A DNA stretch of 64,000 nt from the human T2T-CHM13v2.0 reference genome, Homo sapiens: NCBI RefSeq assembly GCF_009914755.1, contig NC_060927.1, one strand, 5' to 3'. The position numbers were made by a program, and so were the translations under genes. Every line of letters starts with the position of its first letter. The stretch's first letter is position 1. Below are positions 1-13,794 of the stretch, in pieces. Below the pieces are notes generated by a model, which had not been told where the DNA came from, searched no databases, and saw only the letters and a program-made list of their open reading frames with translations.

Positions 1-162
1 CCAAAACCAGACACAGAAAGTACAAAAAGGAAAAAAAGAGATCAATGTCTCTCATGAGCTTAGCCACAAAAATCTTCACCAAAATATTAATAAATTGAAT
101 CCAGCAACACTTAACAATTATTATATACTATGACCAAGTGGGATTTATCATAAGTATAAATC

Positions 163-321
163 AGGTGTCCACCACCATGCCTGGCTAATTTTTGTATTTT
201 TATTAGAGACGGGGTTTCACCATGTTGGCCAGGCTGATCTTGAACCCCTGATCTCAGGTGATCCACTTGCCTTGGCCTCCTAAAGTGCTGGGATTACAGG
301 CGTGAGCCACTGTGCCCAGCC
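163..321 (-). mobile_element. Partial Alu
   Basis: ctggctaatttttgtattttt...gggattacaggcgtgagccac. Confidence 0.9.
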
Positions 322-431
322 TTATGTCATGCTGATTTTTGACAAAAGCGTCAAAACAATTCAATAAGGATACCTTTTTAAACAAATGGTGCTGGAGTGA
401 TTAGACATCCATAGGCAAAGACATGAACTGT

Positions 432-765
<334 letters not shown>

Positions 766-3700
766 TTAAGTGTAAAATGTAAAACTTAAAAACTTTAAGA
801 AAAATATTTAGGTAAAAAATTTCAAGACATTTGGACTTAGACTTGATGCCAGAAACATGATCCATAAAAGAAAAAGTTGACAAATTGCACCTCATCAAAA
901 TTAAAAACTTTTGTTCTGTGAAAGACCATTAAGCGGTTGAAAAAACAAGCTACAGATAGAGAGAAAATATTTGCAAATCACATATACAATAAAAAACTAT
1001 TATCTAGAATATATATAGAATTCTCAAATGTCAACAGTAAAAAGTCTCAAACAACCAAATGGGAAAATGAGCAAAATACATAAACAAACATTTGGCTGAA
1101 GAGGATTTATAGGTTGCAAACAAGTATATGAAAAGATGTTCAACATCATTAACCATTAGGGAAGTGCAAATTAAAACCATAATGACATATCACTATGCAC
1201 CTATCAGCATCGCTAAAATACAAAATAGTGATAACACCAAATGATGAGTACAATATGTGGAAACTGGGTCACTCATGCATTCTGGTGGGAATGTAAAATA
1301 GTACTGCCATTTGAGAATAGCTTGGCAATTTCTTACAAAAGTAAACATGCACTTACCATATGAACCATCAAAGGCACTCCTGGGCATTTATTCCAAAGGA
1401 ATGAAGACTTATGTTCACATAAAATCTGTACATGAACATTCATGGTAGCTTTATTCTTAATAAATAAAGAGTTAAAATAACCAAGATGTCCTTCAATGGG
1501 TAAATGGTTAAACAAACTGTGATACATCTATACCATGAGATGTTATTCAGCAATGAAAAAAGAATGAACTACGAATACACACAACAACTTGGAGGGATCC
1601 TTAGGGAATTATGCTGAGTAAAAAAAAATCCAATCTCAAAGCTTACATACTGTATGATTCTATTTATTTGATATTATTGAGATGGCAAAATTATAGAAAT
1701 GGAGAACAGATTAGTGACTGCCAGAGGTTAGGTGTGGAAAAAGGAGGTGGGTGACTGTGCATATGAAAGGGTAGCACAAGGGATCTTTGTTCTGTGTCTT
1801 CACTGTGATAGTAACACGAATCTATATGTGACAAAACTGCTTAGAACAAAATATACCCACAGGCACACACACACACAAATGAGTGCAAGCGTTTTTTGTT
1901 GTTGTTGTTTGTTTGTTTTTAAGTTACTGAGACTCTGTGAAGAAGTTTTAGGAATACCTTAAATTACTAGTTGTGCTTATATACTCTTTTACACATATGC
2001 ATAGAAATAATATATAATTTATACCTAATAATATAAAAGAACTATTTCAATAAGTTCAAAATAAAAATTCTAAGTGGTAAGAAAAAAAAGGAACCAGGAA
2101 AGTATCACCAAAATACCAATGATTTGTCATTTCATATTTAAAATTGATGAAATTTAATTAAAATTAATTTAAAATAAAAATTTCTGATAATGACATGGGC
2201 AAGTGGGAGATTTCCACACTATTGGCATAATTTGGTTTGACCACTTTGGAGTACATACAGTCCTTGAGGTGCAGAGTGTACCCCAGAAAACCTTGAAGTA
2301 GGTACCCTAGAGCAACTTTTACATATATGCACAAGTAATTGCTTATAAGATTGCTTGGATCAGCACTGTTTTCAGTAGTAAAAATTTCAAACAATGTAAA
2401 TGTTCATCAGTTGGAAATGGTTTAATCGTGGTATATTCAAAAGATGAAAAATAATTAAAAGTTAAAAGGAATGATGCGCTTAAAAATGTTGAGTGAAAAA
2501 GTAAGCTACTGAAAGACACAGGAAATATTACACTGTTTATGCAAAGTTTATAAAATGCCCAAGATATCATATATTACTCATTAAACAAATTTATGTAATA
2601 TAAACACAAAACCTTTATTTATGTAATATAAAGATAAAAATCTTGCCAAAAAATACGTGCTCTAAATTCATCACAGTGGTTGTCTCTGGGATGGAAGGAA
2701 AGAGAATCAGAATGGGAAGGGATACAAGGGATACCTCAACTCTTTAATGTTTGAATTCTTTCAAGAATAAAGGAAGAGATATGAAACAAATGTGATTGAC
2801 AACATTTGTTAAACAGTTACAATGCTCCAGGCACAGGTTCAAGTCTTGGATTCAGTCACTTAATATTCATAACAATACACTATCCCTTTTTGCAGATGAG
2901 GAAGGTGAGGCACCGAGAGGCTGGATAACTTACCCAAGGTCTCACAGTGGGTAGAACCTGGATGTGTGGTGTTTGTGGGTGGAGTGCCTGTCTTGTATCT
3001 GAGCCTTGTGAGGAGGGTTTCAACAGGCCAACTCTGTGACCCCTGAGGGTGCTTTCCCCACTAGTACTGACCACCAACCTATTCCTGAAGCACTGATTTG
3101 AGGATGGGAGATGTAGTGGCTGGTGTTTCTCATGCCTGGAACATGACACAGCTGAAGATGGGCTGGCTAGCTGTTGGCATAGAGGCCGGCCGAATGCAGG
3201 GTCGCTGTATTGGGATAGATGAGCCCTCCTAGAATTTGTCATATAACAGGATGCCCAGAAGGACCAAGGGACCTCAGCAGAAAGAATCTGTAGGGGACTA
3301 CCTCAGGGCTTCTCAGGGCTGTGAAAGGAAGTGAGAGGACAGGGCAGATGAGCTAGAGGAGAGGGTCTTACTCCAAAGGAAGAAACCACAGGTGGGAGAG
3401 CTCCAGGAATGAGAGCTTGAGGTACACCCATAAAATCTCCCACAGAGTCATCTTTAAACATTGGCGAGGCTCAGAGAGCCGGAGGTCAACTCACAACAGT
3501 GACAGCTGGAAAGAATTTTCCAGTTCCCTTCCCTCTCCAACACCCAAACCCCATAGGGGTCAGAGACAGCAGCTAGAAGAGGGAGAAGGCAAGTGAGAAA
3601 GAAACAAGCAACACCCCTTTCCAGGAGCTGGAACTTTGAACGAGGTTGAAAGCTTTGGCTATTACATAGGACCGGCATTCTAAGTACCAAACTGGGACTG

Positions 3701-3854
3701 TATTTTGTGACCAAAAGTTATCAGTGGACTTCTTGTTAAATAAACATAATCAGAAGAGGCAAGGGACAATCAAGATTTAATTCAGAAGTGTTACAACTTC
3801 CATTCTGAATGAAATTCAAGAGGGCAGTGAGTGAGAAAAATGAAGTTGCATCAT

Positions 3855-4015
3855 TGACTACAGAAGTAAGAGGCAAGCAATGTGCCAGGGTACAAAATTT
3901 AAGGAGACACCAACTCTCAGGCTCATGCAACTGCAGGATCTGCACTTGAGAGTGAGTGCCTTCTTAAATCCTGTGTCCAGGGCACCATGCTTGCCTCACC
4001 CTGGTCCCCACCTTG
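3855..4015. mobile_element. MER91-like hAT MITE (related fragment at about 5870-5960)
   Basis: Quasi-palindrome caaaatttaaggagacaccaactctc...gagagtgagtgccttcttaaat; family assigned from recall. Confidence 0.5.
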
Positions 4016-4239
4016 ATGGGCAGTACTAGAAGAGAAAGCACAATCCCTGCAGGTGGTAAGGGGAAGCCTATTCTTGAGGCACTGATTTGAGGAGGTCAAA
4101 ATTACTGCATGGGAGCTTCTTGAATGGGGGCTCTGCTTCAGAAACACTGCTTCACAGTGTTGAGGGCAATCCATGGTGACTGTGGGCACTCAGGGAGGGG
4201 AGAGGTTTTTGCTAGATCTAATTAGAAAGCAGCTTTTCT

Positions 4240-6280
4240 GGTCCAAGATGGCTAAGGATGCTCAGATGACATATTGCTGAACATCTGCTCTGAGGGGCTC
4301 CATCTGTGACACCTTCAGAATCTACTCTACTGCATAATGTTCATGCAAAAGCCATGTTCCTCCCATGCTGCCTCCATCAATGACTAAAGAGTGGGGTTCT
4401 AGAATTAGGCCATTCTTGCCCATTGAAGACCCCTCCACTGGGCACTCTTTATTCTAAGACTCCTCACCAACCTGCTTGAGACTTTCCCACTGTTGGCTGC
4501 ACTGCAGACTGAGGCTCTTCCAATCTAATCCTACTTCCTTCCTTCTCTCCTTTTACAGACAGCAGACCTGCATCACATCAGAGGTTCTTTCTGCTGATTC
4601 CTTCTCCCTTCCCTTTTATTCTTTATAAATGTCCCACTCCATGAATCTCTTGCAATGTAATTTTGACTTGAGAGACTGGCTCTTGGAGGACCAAGATTGA
4701 CACAGAGGTGCTCTTCCCACCATGGCAGCATATTGCGGGGGCAGTTAATCTTGGTCCTATAGACTCTGTATGGGAGAGATTCAGGGAGGGATTTTGAGAA
4801 TTATAGGAAGTGTTCAAGCTGGCAGGATAAATATATCTGAAATGTGCTCCATCATCCTCAAGGAGATCCCTATCTAGAAAGACTTTAGAGCTTAGTGAGA
4901 CACTATAGAGGCTCTGTCCAAAACAAGGACAGTGAGTGGGGTAGGTGGACCTCATAGTCCATACGTAGGATGCCACTGGAATGAAGCCACCAGTTGGAGC
5001 CCTTATTTCTCCATGTTTAGGAAAGAGCCTTGGCTGCCTACTGACTTCTTTTATGAGGTGGACAACAAGGGAGAAGCCTGAGGGTTTCTCCCACAGTCTT
5101 CTGCTGCTCTGAGCGGCAAAAGCTAAGCTTCTTATTAACAGTAGGCCACAGCAACTTAGCCTGATGTTGTGTGCCAGGAAAAGGAACCATGACAGCTTCT
5201 GGGTACAGTCACAGTTTGGAGAGCCTTGTTGCAAAGTGTGACTTCCAAAGTAGTCCAGTACAATAAACTGATGGAAAAAGGGCCATAGGTGGTTATAGAC
5301 TTATTGGGAGTCCTGTCAGTTTACAAGAGGCAGTGAGAAGCTAGAACTTGGGCTTATAATTAACCTTTTCTTTCTCACAGAAAGTTGAGAGGGGAGGTGA
5401 GGATTTACTTGGTCCCAAAGCAGTTGCCGCCAAAATCAAAGCCTTCAGTAGTGCTTTGAAAGGGTGTAGAGAGGAGTTTCACCCGCCTCCTTGGTCAAAA
5501 GCAGATGGGCGATGGGTGAGCGGTGGGGAGCTGGAGATGACAATGTTGTTTTTGGGTGGGACCCTTCCACAACTCACATAAGCTAGAGGAAGTGATTTCC
5601 TTTCTCCAGGAGCCATCTATAGCAAGCCTGGAGATGGGAGCGTTAGCATGTGGATGGCATGGGAAAGTGACTTCCCAATTCTGAGAAGCGGGATGTCTGG
5701 GGGTTTGTGTTAATTTGTGCTTTCCCCCAAACAGGAGCTGAGACAAGAATTTGGGGACAGAGTTTATTTGGGTGGCTATTCCAGGAAGTAAAAGTGAAGG
5801 AGCAGGGAGAGTAAGCCGTGAAGGAAGAAACTCCAAGAAAAGCTGGTTAATGCCCTGGGTAACAGGGCAGGGCAGGGACTAAGGCGAGTTGAGAGAATGG
5901 CCTGGGGTGCAGAAGGTAAGGAAGCACTCACTCTCAGTTTCATGAAAACCTAGCCCTACACTAGAGCCTAGGCTTGCTGGGGATTCTCTGAGGAATTTGG
6001 CTCAGAACTGTCTCTCCAAGGAGATTACGATATTTATCTTCCAACTCTTGTCCTCCCTTGGTAGAGGGTTGGCCTCAAGAGTGTCAACATCCCCCTGTAC
6101 TTGCCCCACCACAGGAAGAACAGCTTCTGGGCTGCTGTTCCTGAAAAATAGCAGTGGAGAAAAGCCCAATGGCTTTGGAGAAAGCCCCGAGGCAGAAAAA
6201 CTGCAGAGTTGTATCCCAAGTCAGATGAGGCAAGGGATGTGGCACGGAGCCCCAGTGGTATGTGCTACAGGGTTGACATG
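4240..6280. mobile_element. Degraded ERVL/MaLR-type LTR and internal fragments
   Basis: LTR16/LTR33-like motifs (ctcttggaggaccaagattgaca; gagacaagaatttgggg...gtttatttggg); approximate. Confidence 0.45.
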
Positions 6281-7276
6281 GTAGAATTTGAGCATAGCCT
6301 CCCACAGTGGTCTCTAGAGGAGCTGCCATCTATTTTGATGACCCAAGTGCTGAGCATGTCCAGGGAGGACCCTGCAATGTGGTGAGATGCTCCTTTGTGT
6401 GTGAGCACAGTGTCACCCACCCGCCACCCCTCTACTCAGTGGGGCAGGGACAGCAGCATTGCCACTTGGGAGGGGGACAGTGTGGCAGGATGGGCTCTCT
6501 AATTCCCCCCCTTTTATCTTTCTGCTTCTTTCTTCTGGGCAGGAGTGGAAGGCATCTCTTAGCATGAGAATGTTTAAAAGTTATGCCAACGGCAATAAAT
6601 GGTTGGCCTGTAGGTGCTCCTTCCTAAAGAATACGGGGTAGGGGGTCAATGGGACTTAGTGACTTAACATAAAAGGGGAGGGCAAAATGGAGCCATGGCT
6701 GGCCAACTCTGTGTGAACTGCAAGGCAACCCTAAGTGGGCAGCAAAGAAGCGCCAGCATCATCCTCTGCTTCAGAGCAGTTTAGGGTCAGCTAGAAGCAA
6801 GCTTGGTTGTGGGTGGAGTGGGCATGACTTTTCAGTCACTGTGGGTTGGGGCCAGAGTGATGGGAATTATAGCACTGGACTGAGGTGGAGGTGTTAAGGC
6901 TGAATGCATCTCTAGGCAGTAAATTTAATATTTCAAAGAGTTTGGGGGAAGTAATCATACTAATCCAGAGAGAAGGCAAGACCCTGAGTTAGAGGAGTAA
7001 AAATAACAGATGGTGAGAGGTAGAGATTTGACATAGAGAGCCCAGGACTTAGCTGATGGAGTAGGTGGAAAGGCAGCAAGCATAGCTAGCTCTGAGTGTC
7101 CAAACTGGGTGGATTGGGAGGTGAGTGGTAACCTGAAAAGGGCAGGGAGCACTGGAGACTTGTTATGAGAAAAGAGGTGTGAGTTGGAGTGATCTGAGAA
7201 CATTCAGGTGGACATGACCAGGAGGTGCTGGAGCCAGGGGAGGAGGGGTGACTTTGAATTCTAGGGAGCACTCACA

Positions 7277-7626
7277 TTTTTAGTCTTTAGAGACAGTGCC
7301 TCACTCTGACACCCAGGCTGGAGTGCAGTGGTGCAATCATAGCTCTACTTCATTAGGAGGAAGCTCTGGGAGTTAAGCACTCCCTTGCACATTCCATATC
7401 TGCTGTATCCTCGAACTCCTGGGCTCTAGTGATCCTCTCACGTTAGCCTCCCAAAGTGTTGGAACTATAGGTGCGAGCCACCACACCCAGCTAATTAAAA
7501 CAAAAAAATTTGTAGAGATGGGCAACTTGCTAAATTGCCCAGGCTGTTCTTGAGCTCTTGGTGATCCTCCTGCCTTGGCCTACCCAAAGTGCTAGGATTA
7601 TAAGCATGAACCACTGTGCCTGGCCA
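7277..7626 (-). mobile_element. AluJ carrying a 62-bp non-Alu insertion
   Basis: AluJ-type gcaatcatagctc...cctcgaactcctgggctc split by unique sequence at 7344-7405. Confidence 0.9.
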
Positions 7627-8197
7627 GCACTGATATTTAAAGATGGCCAGAGGATGAGGTGTTCAGAGAGGGAGAGGGAAAGAAAGTGAAAGAAAGAGAA
7701 TGTTTTCAGAGGAGGGAGTGTTGTAGGAAGGACTCAAGCCCTCTTTCCTCTTAAGGGCCTGGTGTTTTGGAGGCTCTGCCATTCTACTTCATTAGGGGGA
7801 AGCTCTGGGAGTTAAGCACCCCCTTGCACATTCCTTATCTGCTGCAGAATTTCATAATGGTCCCGCCATAACAACCCCTCCCAAAGCTGTTTTTCTCTTT
7901 CAAACCTTACAAAGCATTTTCATCCCCTTTGAACTTCTTTGATGGGTTTGGTAGGCCAGTAATCTTTCCTCCAATTGTGTAGACGAGAAAATTTGCTCAA
8001 GGAACTTGTGACATGCACAACAGAAGGCCTGGAGTCAAATTGGGACCATCTGCCCTCTCATCCAGAGCTCTGTCAGGAGAGCCATATCGCTTAGCAGATG
8101 AGTTTGAATGCTTCTGCGTGGATCATTTCCAGACATCTTCGGCCTCCAAGTGTTTCTGAGGCTCCTTGTTCTAGCTTCAAGAACATAATTATTCAAC

Positions 8198-8201
<4 letters not shown>

Positions 8202-8232
<31 letters not shown>
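8202..8232. repeat. (AC)n microsatellite
   Basis: About 15 perfect units. Confidence 0.97.
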
Positions 8233-8233
<1 letters not shown>

Positions 8234-9742
8234 CTTTATATTGCTTTATAATGCAATTAAATCTGTAAGCTGGAAGTAGGAATAGCCACATTTCTAACAA
8301 TCAGTTAACTCAATTCTGGTAAGGAAAAAAAAATGAGTCTTCTTCATGTACCCCCCTTTAGAATTTATCTTAGTGCAGTGTGCATATGGACCAGGTTTTG
8401 TTGTTGGTTCTGTTGTCAGAACTGGTATTTAAAGGGTCAGCAGTAGACAGGGATTTCCTTGGTGTATATTTGATGCCCCCAGCAAATCCTGCCTTTTTCT
8501 ACCTGAACTCAGGTGAGTGATGATTTATCTGGGTCTCCTCAGGAGGACACATTTCAAACATATTTCCATTTCAAGGAATGTTTGAATGACTTTCTGGAGC
8601 CAGAGTTCACTGCCAATGTTTGGGGCCTAGGGAGTATTTATCCAGATGAAAAGTACTTGACCATCTCCCCTGAGATGAAGGTGGGAGCAGGAAGCCTAGT
8701 TCATGTCCTTGGCATCCTATCTAAGCAGGCTTAGTGGCTTTTAGTTAGTTTGATTGAGAGACTCAACAGTCCTTAGATCAGGTCAGCACTGGACACAACC
8801 TCCTACCTAATCTCCCTGCACCTAAGCTCAGCTTTTATGTAATTTGTAACCGTGGCCAGAAGCGTCTTTAAAAAACATGAATACAGCCTGTAAATTGTAA
8901 TATTCATGGGGAATTTTTGCCTACCAGCTTCCTTCCTCCTTTTGGTAACAGTGCTTTCACGTTTTTGTTGGGGGTGAGGGAGGGGTTGGAGAGAGGAGGT
9001 GATTGCACGTGGTCTTGTTGGAGCTATCAGTCTAAATGCCCCTCTCTTCCTCCACTGGAGCTGGGCCGATTAGATGCTCTCTTCCTGAAATTTGAATCCT
9101 AACTGGGAGACTCACAAGGGAAAAAACTGGAACTGCTTGGTCTTGGCCTCCTGAAGAGACTTTCTATTACTGCCTGCTGCCCAGAAACCTACCTAGCCTG
9201 GGGTGCCATCCTCCCTGGTTCTTCAGCATTTTCTTTCATTCTTTGAGCTTCCCATAGCCTTCTACTAGATTATTTCTATGCTTATAACTGAATAATTCTG
9301 ATGCAGAAATTGATACCTAGAGATGAGTGTTACTGTTAACAGATTCTAAAATGTGTCATTGGCCAAACTGAGGTTTGAGTGTAGAGCACTGAGACTTTCC
9401 TATCCCCAGATCCAAATCTGGAAATCTCTATTATGCCATTAGCTGTAGCCTGTTGTATCTGAAGACTCAGGCCACCTGCCTCTTGCAGTAGGAGTTTTAG
9501 GGCCTTGATGGAAAAATTCTAGGATTTGGAAGGTGTGGGCTACTTTCTGTAAGGCTTAGCAAAGTCCTACAAATGAAGACAAACTTACTTTGCCTAAGTT
9601 GGCCCATATTAAAGCCGAAGGGGAAGCTTTTTCTCTTTATGGCAAGAACCCTAGATCTTATAGGCTTACGCGTTGAAGAGTAGAAAAAGCAAATTTCTGT
9701 CCCAGGCTAATAATGGTGGAGAGAAGGCAATGGGGCTGGAAA

Positions 9743-9949
9743 CAGTGGTGTGCCAGAGCTGGCTCATATTGGCTCAAGTCGACTGTGTACATCTCTTCCC
9801 AATTCTATCTTCAGGGTGGTCACATTAGTAGTTTCATATGGGCCATGGTGGAAGTGTTTACACTAGACAAGGCAGAAAATGCTACATATCAGTTTTTCTT
9901 TTTTCTCCTGAAGAGCTGACTTTTTTAAACACTTACCAGCACACCACTG
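9743..9949. mobile_element. hAT-type MITE with 11-bp TIRs
   Basis: cagtggtgtgc ... gcacaccactg; degenerate 8-bp TSD gctggaaa/gttgggta. Confidence 0.7.
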
Positions 9950-10031
9950 GTTGGGTACATTGAGATGGGGTAAGAATAGGAGCTGGGAGAAGCCTGACAC
10001 CTCCTCCCCTCTCTTGCACTCTCTGTAGGGC

Positions 10032-10248
10032 AAAAAAGATATTACCCCATAATTGTCTGGTTATCCCTCACCAATGTCTTGATCCAACCCAAGAATCACT
10101 CTAACACTGCAAAACTCAATCCTTCCTGTTATTTTATTTGTGGCAAGAGAAAGATCCCTAAAATAAAATGCATTTATAAAATGATTGCCTTATAATAAGC
10201 ACTCAATAAATATTTGCTGAATAAAAAAAAAAAAAAGATATTACCCCA
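10032..10248 (+). pseudogene. Orphan retroposed polyadenylated insert (about 180 bp) with 18-bp TSD
   Basis: TSD aaaaaagatattacccca at 10032-10049 and 10231-10248; AATAAA at 10205-10210; A tail from 10223; body not recognisable as Alu, L1 or SVA. Confidence 0.75.
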
Positions 10249-10949
10249 ATTTAAAGAGCTGTCCAGTGGGATACAGACTGGGGTGAGGGGGAAGTAAACT
10301 GTGCCTTCAAACCCAAGCCTATGTTTTTTCAGCAGTATCTTTATACAGTGGCAGGCTAAAGCCAGGATGAAGGCTACTCATCTGAGAACTGGCGGGAAGG
10401 AGGACAAGAGGTCTGTTGTTAAAAGACAGTAACATACAGGTCTAAGTAAGTCTAGATGGAAGGGGCGTAACCCACTAGATCTGACAAGTTGGTAAAATAT
10501 GACAGAAAAAATCTCTTATATTTTGAGACTGGGGTTTTGAGGGAGTTGCATTGCCAGAGAAACTTCACTCCAGATAAGAAATGGCCTGTGATTGCTCAAA
10601 CCTGAAGGGAATTTCTAGGGCCCAGTGGTGCCAACAGAAAGTGCAATAAGCTGCCTATTCTCAAGAGGGAATCTCTTCCCAGTGCTCTTGTCTCATGAGG
10701 AAGTAGGACAGTGGATGAGGAATTCTTCCAGCGATCAAGACCAAGAAAACTCTCCACTGTCAGGTCAAGGAGTACATGCTTCAGGGTATATTGTGGATTG
10801 GCACTTCGGGATGTGGTTTCTCCTTTTCTAAATAGGGTTTTTTAAATGGAAGCTAACATGTTTATCCTATACTATCAATTGCATGGTTAGCATTTGGGTA
10901 CTGGGCCATGAAGAGCTACCTCTAAACTGATCAGGAAGAAAGCATTTCA

Positions 10950-11560
10950 CTCATTTGACAAATATCTTTGAATTTACTTTGATACTGTTCTGGTGGCTAG
11001 GAATATATCAATGAGTAAAGAAGAGTCCTTGCCCTCACAGAGCTTACATTCTAGTAGAGAAGACAGGCCATAGCCAAGTTCATGTATGAGATCCCAGAGG
11101 GTGTTAAGTGCTGTGGTTGTGGCTCACGATTAGATAGGCCGGTCGGAGAAGAACTGAAGAAAGCACAGGGCTGAGTGCTATGGTTATAATGGCTGAGGGA
11201 AAGCAAGTTCCATGGGCTTGACATTGAGGCAAGAACATGCCTTGTGTGTTTAAGGAACAGCAAGGAGCACAGCGTGGCTGAAGCACAGGGAGTGAGTGGA
11301 GGGGAGATGAGGTCAGGGAGGAGTGAGGGCCCGATGATGTGAAACAGTTGTAATGACATCTACTCAGAGCACCCTGGGGCCATGGGTGGATTTTGAGCTC
11401 TGGCTGTGGTTTGAGAATTGATTGTTGAGGGTAAGAGTAGAAATTGAAATAAAACTTGTGAAAAATGATGGCTACTTGGATAAAGTTGAAAGTTAAGGTG
11501 GTAAGAAATGGTCAAATCCTGGATGCATTTTGAAAGCAGAGTTGACAGGAGTTGCTGATA
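10950..11560. mobile_element. L2 fragment
   Basis: cattt...caaatat; tccttgccctcacagagcttacattcta; tttaaggaacagcaagg. Confidence 0.65.
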
Positions 11561-12812
11561 TCTATTATTGAAACATGCTTGACTTGAAGCTGAATGCAAT
11601 AATTGGACAAGGCTCTGGAGTGTATGGTTTTATGTGAGAAAGTTACATCATGTTAGGAAGTTATTCTTGTTATTGCATGTCTGGAAAGAAGGAAGTTTGC
11701 TAACACTGGGCAGCCATGAGGTAGAATGCGGTGAGCAGCTATTATTCATCATCTATTCCTTCTTGTTATGGCCACAGGGCTCCTCTATATGGGAACTACT
11801 CTCCACCCAGTTTCTGATTCTGATTGAGCACATGATCCAGGAATGGCCAGTGGGCTGCACGTTCTGGACACAATGTTTGCTTAGGAAAAGGGATGTAATA
11901 CAATCAGGGCCAATGACATGCCTTCCTGGATATTTGCTGGAATCATTAGGTAGGAGTTAAGCTTCCCCTGTGAGATCACAGATATGAGCAATTTGCAGGT
12001 GATCTTGGCTACCCCATGGAAAGAGTCTGCCTGATAATGGAGCCAACATATAAGAGACCAGAGTCAAGAGGGAGAGATGATATCCCGATGGCATTGTGTG
12101 AGCTCCTGAATCCAGCTAAGCCCAGATCCAGCTGCATCTCAGGGTTTCCGGTTTAGTAGATGAAAATGTCTTCTTTTCTTTCTCCTTTTTCCCGGGAACT
12201 AATCTAGGTGGGATTTCTATCACTTGCAACATGGGATAATATCTGGTCAGTATATGCAGGTATAATGAGATATTTCTATACTGACTCGGAAATAGCGGCT
12301 GCCTCAAGTCTTCCAAAGGGCTCCCTACGGTGCCAGCTATCCTGGTCCCTTCTTTGGGACCTCTCTCTGGACCTCCCCACAATACAACAATGAAAGGGTT
12401 AATACCTGATGCAGCAGGGGGCCTGCTTCAGCAATATGGTCAGTTCCTGCTAATTGGTTGGCGCCAGGCAGATTGTGAAAAGTTTTAATATCACTCAAAG
12501 TACCATCCAAAATAATTCAGAGGGATATAAAACTCTGTGCCCATTGTGAGCATATTCTACTCACTCGCACACTCCCTGATATGCTTGTATTACAATAGCT
12601 TGGTTACCTTTCCTCAAACTCTTCATCCACATGCACATCTTCTGTGTCCTTTGCAGTTTTTATTACTTTTTCCTAGAATTTTATTTTTTATTACCCGTTA
12701 TTGAACTCCTACGCCACCTTTTACAACTCAGCTCTGATAATCCAAGTCCAAGACATAAAATGTCACCACTGAGAGTAGCAAATAGTAACTACTTCTGTGA
12801 AGAGGGAGGAGA

Positions 12813-12919
12813 ATCAAAGCTGAACCATTTAAAATTTCTTTTTTTTTTTCCTTAAAATCATGAGATAGAGTATCAAAGCTGAACCATTTAAAATCTCTTT
12901 TTTTTCTTAAAATCATGAG
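12813..12919. repeat. Tandem duplication, about 59-bp period
   Basis: atcaaagctgaaccatttaaaat(y)ct(t)n(c)cttaaaatcatgag at 12813-12864 and 12872-12919. Confidence 0.9.
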
Positions 12920-13000
12920 CACACACAGAAAATGCATGAGACAAATATGTTTAGCTAATGCATAGACATAAAGACAATACTCGTTAAGAGAACCACGTAG

Positions 13001-13308
<308 letters not shown>

Positions 13309-13794
13309 ACATGAATAATTAGAACATTGCCAATCTCAGTCACAAGCGCTATCTTCCGTCTACCAGTAACCTTGACTTTTGTGGTCACCAGCCCTTGCTT
13401 TTCTTTATACGTTCCTAAACAAAATAGTTTAATCTTGCCTGTTTTTGAAACTCATATAATCATAGAGTAGATATAGTTTATGCCTGGCTTCTTTCATTTA
13501 ATAAGGTTCATTTTTAGACTTGTTTGAAGCTGTATCTCATCCATTTTCATTACTGCATAAAATTACATTAAAAAATACCACAATTTATTAAATTATCCTA
13601 CTGTTGAAGGACATTGGGTTGTTTCTAATTTGGGTCCATCATGAACAATATTGATAAGAAATCGTCTTGTAAATGTCTCCTGGAATATGCGTGCATGGAT
13701 TTCTCCAGGTTTCATACCCAAGAATGGAAAACCTGAGTCATGGGTTTATGTATCTTCAACTCTTCTAGGTAAATTTAAGCGGTTTTCCTAAACA

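Noticed and set aside
4623-5234. 203-aa minus-strand ORF
   Set aside because: Non-ATG start, no recognisable domain, lies in degraded LTR/ERVL-like sequence.
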